63,819 bases of DNA from Paraspadella gotoi (taxonomy: Eukaryota > Animalia > Chaetognatha), in NCBI GenBank assembly GCA_051294375.1, contig CM119269.1, positions 20,474,371 through 20,538,189 on the forward strand, written 5' to 3'. Position 1 is the first letter of the stretch, and every line of letters begins with the position of its first letter. The notes under the pieces were generated by a model, which ran no database searches, was not told the DNA's origin, and was given only the letters and a program-made list of their open reading frames with translations. Positions 38,352-51,400 of the stretch are shown here, in pieces. Made by a program: the position numbers and the translations under genes.

Positions 38352-41300
38352 AAAGGTTAAAGGATAAAGATGAATATTAAGGATTATTGTATGTTTGTAT
38401 TTTAAGCGTTAGAGATATGAGAAAAAATAGTAGTATTAATAAGTTTTGGTTATGTTTTGTTTTTTTTTTTTGTGTGCTTTTTTTTGTTTTTGGAAAAAAA
38501 AGGAGTGAAAAAATATTAGATATTTGGATTAATTTTTTTTATTATTTAATTTTGTATTAAAGTATTATTATAAAAATATAATAATTGATATTATATTTAT
38601 GTCTATATGATAATTATAATATCATAGATTATGATATATGTATATCATAATTATTTATCTACAATGAATTTAATATAACCACCCACCTCCCCCCCCATAA
38701 AGATAGAAGCTTTATAAAAGGGTATAAATTATAGAATAGGTATTAGTTTTAGAAATATAGAAAAGGATATTTAGGTAATAAATAAGAAATTATATTCTCT
38801 TATCCCCACCTTGACTCCTCCACCCACAGCACCCCCCCCACCGCCACCAGTAGATGGATAGAGGCCATCAAGAAGCAGAATAGGAGAGTAGACCCATCTA
38901 TATAAAGTCATTTTAGGAGATACACACTCTTACACGCCTCCACACTCACCGCACACTCCCCAGTTACCACCACGCCTGCCAGGCACCACGACGCGCTACC
39001 ACCCAGACGCCACTACCCCCCACCACCCCCCCCCCACCGCCCCCAATTTTTAGATGGGGGAAGTGATAATGGGAGGTTGAATGGAGAAAGGGAGAGATGA
39101 TGGATAGTGTAGGAGAGAGAGTTGGGAGATTTTGAGGAGGAGGAGATAGGGAGGTTAGATGGGGGGGGGTGGGGAGCAATGTAAATGGAGGGAAGTAGTT
39201 TAATGTTGAGGAGAAGTGTGAGTAATATGATTAGGTTATATATAGATGTATAAATTAGTAGTAAAAAGGTGTATATTGAGTAATAATATGATATGAATAA
39301 GTAATATGTTAATGGGTATAATGATGGGAAGGTGAGGAAGAACAGTAAAATTGGAATTAAGTATGATTAGAAGAATTATGGTATGATAGTATGGTGGAGG
39401 ATAAAAATTGCAGATATTATAAGGAGGTTTGGAAAATAGATAAATTAATTAATTTAATCGGAGTTATTGGGATACTGGAATTTATTTGGAATGTTTGAAT
39501 AGGTAATCATTAATTATTTAAGAGTTATTCGTGGAATGGATTTTATTTTGGAAAAGAGATCACCAAGTTTTAATAGGTAAATATTAATTTATTTAATAGA
39601 GAGTTATTGGTGGATATGGAATTTATTTGGAAAAAGAGTTGATAGGTAATGATAATTATTTAATGAGTTATTGTGATATTGGAATTTTATTTGGAATGTT
39701 TGATAGTTATATATTAATTATTTAATGAGTTATTGTGGATATGGAATTTTATTGGAATGTTTGATAAAAGGTAATATTAATTATTTAATGAAGTTATTGT
39801 GGATATTGGAATTTATGTTGGAACTCGGCAAAGTTTGACAAATAGTATATTAATTATTAATGAGTTTATTCGTGGAATATGGACATTTATTTGGAATGTT
39901 ATGAAATAGGTAATATAATTTAAATTTAATGAGTTATCTGTGGATATGGATTTTATTGGAATGTTGAAATAGGTAATATTTATTATTTAATTGAAGTTAT
40001 TCGTGATATGGAATTTTTATTTGGAATGTTTGAATAGGTAATAATAATTATTTTATGAGTTATTGTGGATATGGAATTTTAATTTGGGAATGTTTGAAAT
40101 AGGTAATATTAATTATTTAATGAGTTATTGTGATATGGATTTTATTGGAATGTTTGAAATAGGTAATATTAAATTTATTTAATGAGTTATTGTGGATATG
40201 GAATTTATTTGGAATGTTGAAATAGGTTAATAATTAATTATTTAAGAGTTATTGTGGGATATGGAATTTTATTTTGGAGATGTTTGAATAGGTAATAAAT
40301 TAATTCATTTAATGAGTTATTGTGTGATATGGAATTTTATTTGTGGAACAGTTTGAGAAATAGGTAATATTATTAATTTAAATAGAGTTATTGTGGAATA
40401 TGGAATTGGAGAGAGAAAAATGGAGATAATGTTGAAGTATAATATTGTTAAGTGATGAGAAATAATCATTGATTAAATATTATTTTAATATAATTAAATA
40501 TAGAATATAATTATAAATTAAATATAATTTTTTAAAGTTATTTATATAATTAAATTTAACACGTGGAGTTAAAAAAAAGATTAAGAAAAATGTTAGAATG
40601 TAGGAGTTATAGAAATTGAAATTAGTTCAAAAAAAAGAAGATGAAAATCGTGGGATTAGAGAAAGACAGGTAAAAGACAGGAGGAGTAGGCAGTTAAAAT
40701 ATGGTAAATAGGGAAGAGTTGGAAAATGTACAGGAAGATTGATAAGAGAAGATAAGGGATTTATAAAAGAATAAGGTGGACTGGTGGATAGGGTAAGGGT
40801 TGATTTGGTTAAAGGGATATTTAGTGGATGAGGAAGGAAAGAAAGAGAGAGAGAGAAGAGAGAGGAGAGAGAGAGAGAGAGAGAGAGAAGAGAAGAGAGA
40901 GAGAGAGAGAGAAGAGATATTAGTGTCAGTTGGTGAAAGTATTGAAATAGAGTTAAAGTAAGAGGATCAGAAAGTTAAAGGAAAATTGAATAATATGATT
41001 AAATAATTGATATAATAAATTGATATATATGATAATAGTAATTAGAGATTAATTAGAATTTAAGGAGTAGGATGTAATTAAATTAAGTAATAGTAGATAT
41101 GTTAATAAGGGAAAGTATGAATGGGGAGTAAAAAGAAGGGGATTGTAGGAAGAGAAGAATAGGGTTTAGATAAATATAATTGGAGAGAGGGAGAAGAGGG
41201 GAGAGGAGAAAGAGGAGGGAAAGGATGGAAGAGTGGAGAATGGAGAGTGGAAAAAAGATGAAAGATGGATGGAGAGAGAGAGGAGAGAGAAAGAGGAGAG

Positions 41301-41405
41301 GAGAAGAGAGAGGAGAGAGAGAAGAGAGAGAGAGAGAGGAGACGAGAGAGAAGAGAGAGGAATGGAGATTAATGAAAGAAAAGGTAGAGAATAGAGAATA
41401 AGAGC
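38352..41405 (+). other. C-depleted 'ghost' copy of the PTPN4-like gene interior (probable raw long read)
   Basis: Collinear with 41418-42188 and 58175-59188 when C is deleted or read as A. For example, 40400-40793 corresponds to 58208-58650 and 40955-41183 to 58907-59188. It starts at a 25-N gap. Confidence 0.88.
39430..40407 (+). repeat. Intronic minisatellite, about 16 units (about 60 nt as C-depleted, true unit about 70 bp)
   Basis: Repeating ttggaatgtttgaaataggtaatattaattatttaatgagttattgtggatatggaatt. C-containing units survive at 42124-42188 and 58175-58214. Mirrored at about 42189-43160. Confidence 0.85.
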
Positions 41406-41417
41406 ATGGAAGATGAA

Positions 41418-41658
41418 GAACTCATCGAAAAGGATTATTTCGGTCTCCAATACAACGACCCTTCCTCTTCCTCCTCCTCCTCTTCCTCCTCCGCCTGCCG
41501 TCGCTGGCTCGACCCGGCCAAGACCCTCAAGAAGCAGATCCGGGCCTCGCCCCCTTACGTCTTCCACTTCCGGGTCAAATTCTACGTCATCGATCCGTCC
41601 AAGCTGCAGGAGGAGTACACGCGGTACCACTTTTTCCTCCAGCTGCGGCGGGACGTGG
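41418..41658 (+). CDS. PTPN4: PTPN4/Ptpmeg-like FERM F1/F2 exon, partial (ELIEKDYFGLQYND...RRWLDPAKTLKKQIR...FRVKFYVIDPSKLQEEYTRYHFFLQLRRDV)
   Basis: Band 4.1/FERM motifs DYFGL, RWLD and FRVKF; DPxKLQEEYTRY matches the PTPN3/4 family. High GC at third codon positions. The 5' end is replaced by noisy sequence (the ORF-track ATG at 41406 is probably spurious) and the 3' end runs into an N gap. Confidence 0.92.
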
Positions 41659-41921
41659 NNNNNNNNNNNNNNNNNNNNNNNNNNNNNNNNNNNNNNNNNN
41701 NNNNNNNNNNNNNNNNNNNNNNNNNNNNNNNNNNNNNNNNNNNNNNNNNNNNNNNNNNNNNNNNNNNNNNNNNNNNNNNNNNNNNNNNNNNNNNNNNNNN
41801 NNNNNNNNNNNNNNNNNNNNNNNNNNNNNNNNNNNNNNNNNNNNNNNNNNNNNNNNNNNNNNNNNNNNNNNNNNNNNNNNNNNNNNNNNNNNNNNNNNNN
41901 NNNNNNNNNNNNNNNNNNNNT

Positions 41922-42080
41922 CGTCACCCGGTGTCTCATTGAGTAATACCATCTGCTCATGACCAATAAGTACCAATATCGATCTCCAATGGTCCCAAAC
42001 CTGCGGGAAGCGTGAGGATGGCCGTAAACTTCTGGAAAACCCTTAAGTCTGATTCCAAGGACCAATTCCATGGCTGCTTG
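41922..42080 (+). mobile_element. Diverged intronic copy of SINE-like family A
   Basis: Collinear with 4339-4510: acccggtg(t/g)ctcattgagtaa...atgacca...gggaagcg...gga(t/c)ggccgtaaac...gaaaaccct(t/c)aag...ggacc. Confidence 0.7.
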
Positions 42081-42188
42081 ATAGTCCTGGTGGCGGATAC
42101 CACCCTTCAGCTCCTTATTCAACGGCACAGGTTTGCCAAATAGATAACCATTAATTCCATTTAATGCAGTTATTGTGGATATGGAATT

Positions 42189-45100
42189 TCCACAATAACT
42201 CTATTTAAATTAATAATATTACCTATTTCTCAAACTGTTCCACAAATAAAATTCCATATCACACAATAACTCATTAAATGAATTAATTTATTACCTATTC
42301 AAACATCTCCAAAATAAAATTCCATATCCCACAATAACTCTTAAATAATTAATTATTAACCTATTTCAACATTCCAAATAAATTCCATATCCACAATAAC
42401 TCATTAAATAAATTTAATATTACCTATTTCAAACATTCCAATAAAATCCATATCACAATAACTCATTAAATAATTAATATTACCTATTTCAAACATTCCC
42501 AAATTAAAATTCCATATCCACAATAACTCATAAAATAATTATTATTACCTATTCAAACATTCCAAATAAAAATTCCATATCACGAATAACTTCAATTAAA
42601 TAATAAATATTACCTATTTCAACATTCCAATAAAATCCATATCCACAGATAACTCATTAAATTTAAATTATATTACCTATTTCATAACATTCCAAATAAA
42701 TGTCCATATTCCACGAATAAACTCATTAATAATTAATATACTATTTGTCAAACTTTGCCGAGTTCCAACATAAATTCCAATATCCACAATAACTTCATTA
42801 AATAATTAATATTACCTTTTATCAAACATTCCAATAAAATTCCATATCCACAATAACTCATTAAATAATTAATATATAACTATCAAACATTCCAAATAAA
42901 ATTCCAATATCACAATAACTCATTAAATAATTATCATTACCTATCAACTCTTTTTCCAAATAAATTCCATATCCACCAATAACTCTCTATTAAATAAATT
43001 AATATTTACCTATTAAAACTTGGTGATCTCTTTTCCAAAATAAAATCCATTCCACGAATAACTCTTAAATAATTAATGATTACCTATTCAAACATTCCAA
43101 ATAAATTCCAGTATCCCAATAACTCCGATTAAATTAATTAATTTATCTATTTTCCAAACCTCCTTATAATATCTGCAATTTTTATCCTCCACCATACTAT
43201 CATACCATAATTCTTCTAATCATACTTAATTCCAATTTTACTGTTCTTCCTCACCTTCCCATCATTATACCCATTAACATATTACTTATTCATATCATAT
43301 TATTACTCAATATACACCTTTTTACTACTAATTTATACATCTATATATAACCTAATCATATTACTCACACTTCTCCTCAACATTAAACTACTTCCCTCCA
43401 TTTACATTGCTCCCCACCCCCCCCCATCTAACCTCCCTATCTCCTCCTCCTCAAAATCTCCCAACTCTCTCTCCTACACTATCCATCATCTCTCCCTTTC
43501 TCCATTCAACCTCCCATTATCACTTCCCCCATCTAAAAATTGGGGGCGGTGGGGGGGGGGTGGTGGGGGGTAGTGGCGTCTGGGTGGTAGCGCGTCGTGG
43601 TGCCTGGCAGGCGTGGTGGTAACTGGGGAGTGTGCGGTGAGTGTGGAGGCGTGTAAGAGTGTGTATCTCCTAAAATGACTTTATATAGATGGGTCTACTC
43701 TCCTATTCTGCTTCTTGATGGCCTCTATCCATCTACTGGTGGCGGTGGGGGGGGTGCTGTGGGTGGAGGAGTCAAGGTGGGGATAAGAGAATATAATTTC
43801 TTATTTATTACCTAAATATCCTTTTCTATATTTCTAAAACTAATACCTATTCTATAATTTATACCCTTTTATAAAGCTTCTATCTTTATGGGGGGGGAGG
43901 TGGGTGGTTATATTAAATTCATTGTAGATAAATAATTATGATATACATATATCATAATCTATGATATTATAATTATCATATAGACATAAATATAATATCA
44001 ATTATTATATTTTTATAATAATACTTTAATACAAAATTAAATAATAAAAAAAATTAATCCAAATATCTAATATTTTTTCACTCCTTTTTTTTCCAAAAAC
44101 AAAAAAAAGCACACAAAAAAAAAAAACAAAACATAACCAAAACTTATTAATACTACTATTTTTTCTCATATCTCTAACGCTTAAAATACAAACATACAAT
44201 AATCCTTAATATTCATCTTTATCCTTTAACCTTTACTCTTTACTTCTGTACTCTTATTACTAAATTCCTTACTTCCACCTTTCTTTCCTCTTCCTCCTTT
44301 ACTCTAAAACATTTCCTTCCTCCCATTTTTTCCTTTTAATCTACATAATATCTGTATACATCTCAATACTACTCTTCCTTTCTCCTTATGTTATCTAATA
44401 AAAACCCCTAATCATTATTTCAACAAAATTCATTTACAAATATACTTTCTAAAAATTAAAAAAATTTAAAAAAATACAATTTAATACAAATACACAATCT
44501 CATAAAAAATTAATTAAATAATTAAAATTTAAATAAAATTATTTTCACAGTTAATATATATCTTCAACATTTTATAAACTATAAAATAAATTACATAAAT
44601 ATTAATAAACCATCTTAAAACTCAATTTTCATTTTCTTAACTACTATTTTATTAATACTTTATTAAATCCTTCTATTTCTTTCATCTTTCTCTTACATTT
44701 CAGTTACATCATTTTTTTCCAAACAAACATTCTCATCATAATTTCGGGCCCAAATTTATCCATCCATATAACTACTCTCTACCCACTAACTCCTTCCACT
44801 ATACCTTTCAAATTTCACTCAACTCAAACTTCTCCCATTTCTTCCTAAAAATTACTATTTTCATTATCTACTTACTACTTATTTTCTATCCAATTCTACT
44901 CACTAACGTTTATTCTTTTTACAAAAATATTATCAAATAAATAAAGTGAGCTCTCTTTACATCAATCTAATAATTTATTACCCGCTTATTCTATTTTTTT
45001 TTTTTTTTAAATTCAATTCAACTTTTTTTTTTACAATATTAAAATAAAAATATAATATTTCCTCACTTCTCTCATCCCCCTCTTTTTCACTTTACTTCCC

Positions 45101-45430
45101 ATATAAATTTAGCCAAATTAATTTTTATATTTTTAAATTTTTTCCTCACTCCTCACTTATTAAAAAAATTAACTATATACAGTATAAAAAACATTTAATC
45201 ACAAATATCGAAATTTCTTATATATATATATATAATATTTAAAAATTAAAACTTATTTCATTTTTATTTATATGTATCAAAAATAGTTTTTTATAATATT
45301 AAAAAAATATTGTTCTATCATTTATTAAAAAAAAAAAACCAAAAAACAAAACAAACAAAAATCTTTATAAAAATAATAAATACTATATAAAAATTCACAA
45401 ATAATTTACTAAAAAAATAACCTAAAAAAG
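42189..45430 (-). other. The same ghost sequence in reverse orientation (G-depleted on +)
   Basis: 42189-44234 is the reverse complement of 38352-40397, identical wherever checked; the same spurious 71-aa ORF occurs at 38964-39179(-) and 43407-43622(+). 44235-45430 is a G-depleted reverse complement of about 37010-38300. Confidence 0.9.
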
Positions 45431-48400
45431 ACAAAAACCCTTCCCATAAACAATCTCTTTCAAACAAGAAACTCTCTATCCACCAAATAAGAACCACCCA
45501 TGCGCCACACATTATAACAGCAATAGATCATTAGATATACTCAATTCCAATCATCCGACCTAAACTACCAAACAAATAGCAGAAAGCTGTACTTAACCAA
45601 ATATATCTTACAAACTAAATGACACTATGATTATAAAGAAAAAAGATCTGATACAACGAGAAAACTCTGAAACAAAGACAAGCACGTTGAAAAACTAGAA
45701 ACAAACCAAATGCAATCTTAAATAAATCACCAAGAAAAAACAGTAAAAGATAAAGACAAATCAGGGAAAAGAAACACAACAAAGGCACATAAGAAAACAG
45801 CGCAAAATATCAGAAAACACAAAGATGATAACAACCATTAAAAAAAAAGAAAGCCACCCCACCAGGAAAAATCCAAGAGTTCAATAAATAAATCTGGTAT
45901 TAATGTGGCTCATAAACTAAAGATGCTTACATCTCGACCAACGCCAATCGCAGCCGATATTAGGCACAGTTCTCAACCGCGCCAACAGAAACTTGCAACA
46001 AAGCGGGAAATATCAATCAGGTAATACTCCCAACCGAATCACACGAACTCAAGTGACACAGGATATCATATACCGGACGCCCCTAGACACCCAGCCAACA
46101 TGCAAGAGCACAACCTCCAAACAAAAAACCACAAGCTCAAAACAGAAACGATCTACAAAAAGCATATCAAATAGAAGTTTACATAACCTCACTCGGCTAC
46201 CTCACCTTAAAAGAAAATTTAAGAACTCACAATTATCATATCCAAAGCCCACCAAAAAACAAGACTTCAACATAAGCAAAACTAAGGGATGCGGTGGAGC
46301 AAAGCGCGGAAGAGCGGAAAGAACAGGCCTCCCCTATATACAAAAATAGACGGGTAGGACTACGGGACTCTACCAGGAGGAATGAAACACCGACTTAGAA
46401 CAGGTTCATACACAGACCAAAGGACCGGAAAAACCTCACTATAAATCCACGAGCGTCACATAACGACGATAACGCCGAAAAGCAAAGCAAGGGGTTCTGC
46501 CTGTCGTTACGGTATAATTCAGAGAGAAAGACAAAAGAGGAGGACAGAGGCCAACCCCCCAAGAAACGCACAATTAATTAAACATGTACATTCTAACCTC
46601 TAAGGCCAGACAAAACAAGAAGCGGTGGCTCGCTACTCAAAAACGTGACAAATCAATATGCCGGTAGCAGAGACGAAATAGAAAAGGTAACGACAACAGA
46701 AAGAGACGACCAAGGTATCGGGCTCTAAGTTTCTCGGAACGCCCTAAGAGGCACAGAATGAGATCTACAGGCCGACGGAAGCAGAAAGCGTGGTGAAAGG
46801 ACGCGCGCCGAGAGGGCAGAAAAGAAAGGCCGGAAAAAGACCGTAATGGTAATAACGTGAACATGTTACCAAACTTTTTTTTTTTCAAAGCACAATACGG
46901 AGAATGCCGAAGTGAAATTGGTTCAACCGAGTATGCCGGCAACAACAGTGGATCGAGGCATAGTCGTCCACGTGCGTATAATGCCAGCAGAGACTGCGAA
47001 GCAGTCGTGCGAATGGTGTTCATTACTAGATTATACGCTAACGATGGACGTGCAATGAAGGATCGATGGCGCGGAAGCGCGAGACAAGAAAATAAGAAGA
47101 AAAACGGCTGATGGAAAAGAAGTATGCGCGTGAGCGTCAGAGAGTGAGAGTGCACCATCGCGCGCTCGGTGGCGCCAGCATGCGTTCCGAGCAAATAGAA
47201 ATGGCCGAAATGCGAATGCGATACAGAGAGAGGCAAAGGGAAAGACCCCGGGTGTAAACGTATTACATACTGCCGCGCTCAGTGCCGTCTAAAGAGCCGG
47301 TTCTGGCGCCCCATCCGCCGTCGAGGCGGACAGTGTGTTAAAAAAGGAGAATTCGGAAAAGCTACATACGACCGATTACGGAGTTACCATTGTCCTTGTC
47401 AAAATATTCACCAAAAACAATTGGTCCAGGTCCTAGGATCGCAGATAACTGGCATATGCGACGACAATCAACTGACGGTCTGTCTGCTGCCGCCCAAAGG
47501 ACATAAACCGCGCGTCTGCGATAAGACGCCACGGGCCGTTTCGCGTGGCGAACCAGGTCACGGCGGACTGCTCCCCAAACATGGAACAGGCGCAGAAGAA
47601 AGCGAGTAAGGCGCGCCAAAATGGACACTGTGAGAAAATAGACGAAATAGGAAAGCCCCAGGCAAGGCAACGGGGAAAGATAAGTGGGGGGACGGAAGCG
47701 TGAAATAGGAAGAAGAAACAAGTACCAAAAAAAGTGGAAAAGTGAAGGTTGAAAACCAGGCCTCATGAAAGCTAAAAAGAAAGAAAAAGGAGTCAGGACT
47801 CATAAGCCGTTCAATAATGGGGACCTTTAACAAGTGGGACATCCTCTATATAAAAAAAATATATACCAGACCAAAAAAGCACAACTCGCATATCTTTATC
47901 AGTGATTGTTGGTGTAAGTACAGGGTCATACCTCCACAATATAAGGCGAAAAAGGGAAGATAAACCGAGCGAACTGGAAAGCGCATAAAAAGCGATGTAT
48001 AAAAGATACAATATGTGTGAATAATAAAAAATGGAAACCATTATCAGTTTTATCAATAGATGTGTCATACAATTGCGGCACCAGTTTCGTTTAGCAAGAC
48101 GTACTTGAAAGTGTAAATATTCAATTGTCATGTAAGTCGTTTTAACTCAGGCCTCCTCATCCCGTTTATCCATTATCTATTTAGAATATGGCATTGTGTA
48201 TGCAAACCGGCCTGCCTAAATTCCTGTCGCGAGAAGGCACTGACCGAAATGGCCATCTCGAGATAGCACCTGAGCAATAGCACGGACATCGACGCTCGTA
48301 CCCGAACCCCTTTCCCGGCCCGTCCCAAAAGGCGCAGCTCTAGCGGAAGGTTTGCCGCTAAGTGCCTGCAACCTTCTCCTCAGTCAACCCGCACTTTTTA

Positions 48401-51400
48401 TTAGTGCGAACTCCTTGTCCTAGAGTTGCTTCTTTCTACGCGCGAATGCGTACAACTCGCCGCCGGGAACGCCGAACGGTATTTAGGCCATTTTCATTAA
48501 GTCCTTCCCTTTGGTGGTCCCACAATAATATGCTCCGCACGCAGATGAACAAGTATACGTTGTTGCTCGTATTTCCACGATCACCAGTTCTCGTGGACGT
48601 CGGCAAGCCCCGGAAGTGCGAACACCGGGGGCGCCAAAGGCAGCGAAAGGTGAACGTAGACCTTAGATGAGCGCACAATACTAAAGATCTCCAATATCGC
48701 AGGCCTTTATTAGCTTATGCCCACATAACGAAGGAACGCCGGAAGATACCAAGCCGGACGGGGGGTGGCGCCGGGGCATGGGCCATCCGCTCGAATATAT
48801 GACTCCGTCTGACAGGCAGTGACACTCTAATAAGGGCACGATGCTACTGCAAAAGGGCTTTTATGTACTTGTTCGTCGCTAGGCTCTTGTTTACCCGCGA
48901 CCCAAAAGTGATGCAACTGCTCTTGCCACTTCGAGCAATTACATCGTCACGTCGTGTGTCCTCAAGGTTCTCCGGAGCATTAATAAACGTAAGCGGATTA
49001 TAATAAAAATATAAATTAAATTAATAGATTGGAGAAGGGTCCGTCTCCGGGACAAGCAGCGTAAAGCGGAAAAGTGCTATGATTAATAATAATGATGACA
49101 AGATAATATAGTCAGAGTTGGAAAATCAAAAAATTCATGTAGATATTAAAATAACATATATAATGAGAATACCCTTAGAAAATACCTCAAAATCGCTTCA
49201 TAGTGCCTGTCTAGATTATTGCGTGGTTCGGAATATTACGGCGCGTCGTTATCTGCTCTTGCGGGTTCAAGTCGGCCTCACTCGCCACGCGGATTATGTG
49301 CCATCTCTAGTTCAAGGCAACAACGTAAGTTGGAGCGGCGCGGCAGATCTCAACCTTCCACATCCATCGGCCTACGGTTATGTTCGTGCTCGTCAACCGC
49401 GCAGCGCAGCACACGGCGGCCAACTGAGCGTGCGGAGAACCGTAATTAGACCGTCCCGACAATCACAAGACACGGAACCGACGATATATGACACCGCTGG
49501 ACAATACAGCCACACTGGATGGCCCGTGCCCAGGTTCATCCCCACCGACCTTTTACGGAAATATGCCTGACTTAGAGCGCAGGACCACGAACATAAGGTC
49601 GATAGCGTCCTTGTGGGCGCAAAACAACCCTGCGTTGCGAAGTTTATCTGCTTGCGGGTGCTTCTCGTGTCGCACCCAACGGGCTCACACGCGTCGAAAA
49701 GCTGTTGATGTCACCAGCACTCGTACTAGGGCGCGTGGTGTCCGTCCCGGGAGGGTCTTGCGGGGCAAAAAAAGGTGCGTGAAAAAAAATAGCGCACGCC
49801 ACAAGAAAAATCTAAAGCATTTCGGACCCAAGTTATTGAGAACAGTACCGACTAAAATTACTTCACACTAGATGAAAACTGCTCATGATCACTCGCTTCT
49901 TGCGCGTGCCTTGTGAACCGCGTCAGAATGCAAGTCACCACTGACGCTCTAGATGGCGATTACACAAATAATAAATATATCTGAAAATAGAGACGATAAA
50001 AGACATGACCCGAAAAAAAGACGGGTATTAACAAAACTTGACTCGGATTAGAGCCCACACTAGAAAAAAGTATTAGCCCGTAACGCGGGAACAAGCTTAT
50101 ATGTGGCGCGCAGTGTCGCTGCAGGTCAACACAAGGGAGTAATAACGCCTCGACAACGAGATGAAAGTACCCATAACAAAGGGGCTAGCGGAGTAAAAGA
50201 TACTACATCCACGTGCAACTATGGAGAAAGGTCGAGCGTGAGTTGCGGACGACGCCGTACGTCAATCAACCCTCAGTGGGGCGTGAAAAAATCGAATATA
50301 CACTCTAAGAAGCGTATCAATGAAAAGAGCAGAGACCAAGATTGAGACTAATATATCCTTACGAACCGTGCGTAGCAAGCCAACAGGGAAAGGACGCCTG
50401 CAGTCTTCCGCGTAAACCCAATACCTCTCAAGCTCTCTGTTAGCGCCGGATAATCTACCCAGGAAGGGAGCGTGTGGAGAGAAGAGACAGCAGCACGAGC
50501 CAACGACAGCTCTGCAACGATGACAAGACCAAGAGACGTCCCGGGGGCTAGCGACGAGGGGAAGCGCAAAAAGAGAAGTAGACAACAATCACCGTCAACC
50601 AGCACAATAATGAAACCAGATACGGACTGCCAAGTGATCATATATGATTCACGAGGGTATACTCCGCTCGCCGTCCATCTATAGGTGTGCGTCGCGTTAG
50701 AAACATGTGGCGTCGCCCATCACGAGCGGATTGTGCTGCAGGTTATGAGCTGCCACAACACACCTAGGTCTCAAGTCGCGGGTAGCGGATGCCGAGCTTG
50801 GACGAACGGGTACAGTGGTTTCCTCGAGACAGACGACACCTGATAAGTCGGCTGCTTTATTTATACAGACTAAACAGCGCGGCAGAGGAAAGAGAAAAGG
50901 TAAACAAGGATCTCCAAATCCGGTGCGTCGATGGTCACGGTATTTATTATTATATAACTTTCAATCCTTTGGTCACGTAGAGAGGAGCCTGTCGGTCGGA
51001 GTGCTCATATAAACGCTCTAAAATCACTCGAAGGAAAAGCCATGAATCGCACATAGTAGCACCCTCTCAGGGCAGGAAGCTGGGCGGCAGCGCAGTGCCG
51101 AAAGAAAACGGAACGGGATTAATGCACCGCTGGATGAAGATTGCAGCAGAAAAAGCCCGTAGAGAAAAGAGTAGCGGTAAATGAACCCAGAAACAACACG
51201 GACGTCTTAAAAACAAAAAGAGTTTCGAACATAAGAGTCCAAAGTCCGAACCCGAGATAACGGATCGAGAAAGGACCCAGAGAGACGCTCACGACGCATT
51301 AGCGAAACGCCCGAGAAAAATCGCAGGAGAGACCGGCCTGGTCAGTGCAAACGAACGCCGAACGCCTCACTTGCAAGTACGCGAAAAACTGAGGGCAACC

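Noticed and set aside
39430-43160. AT-rich ~60-nt repeat arrays as CRISPR or pan-edited cryptogene-like sequence
   Set aside because: The units are head-to-tail with no unique spacers, and the variation is indel noise. The C-containing unit is visible at 42124-42188 and 58175-58214.
38352-45430. APOBEC/RIP/bisulfite-type hypermutation
   Set aside because: C is deleted or replaced by A, not converted to T, and the same errors recur in both orientations.
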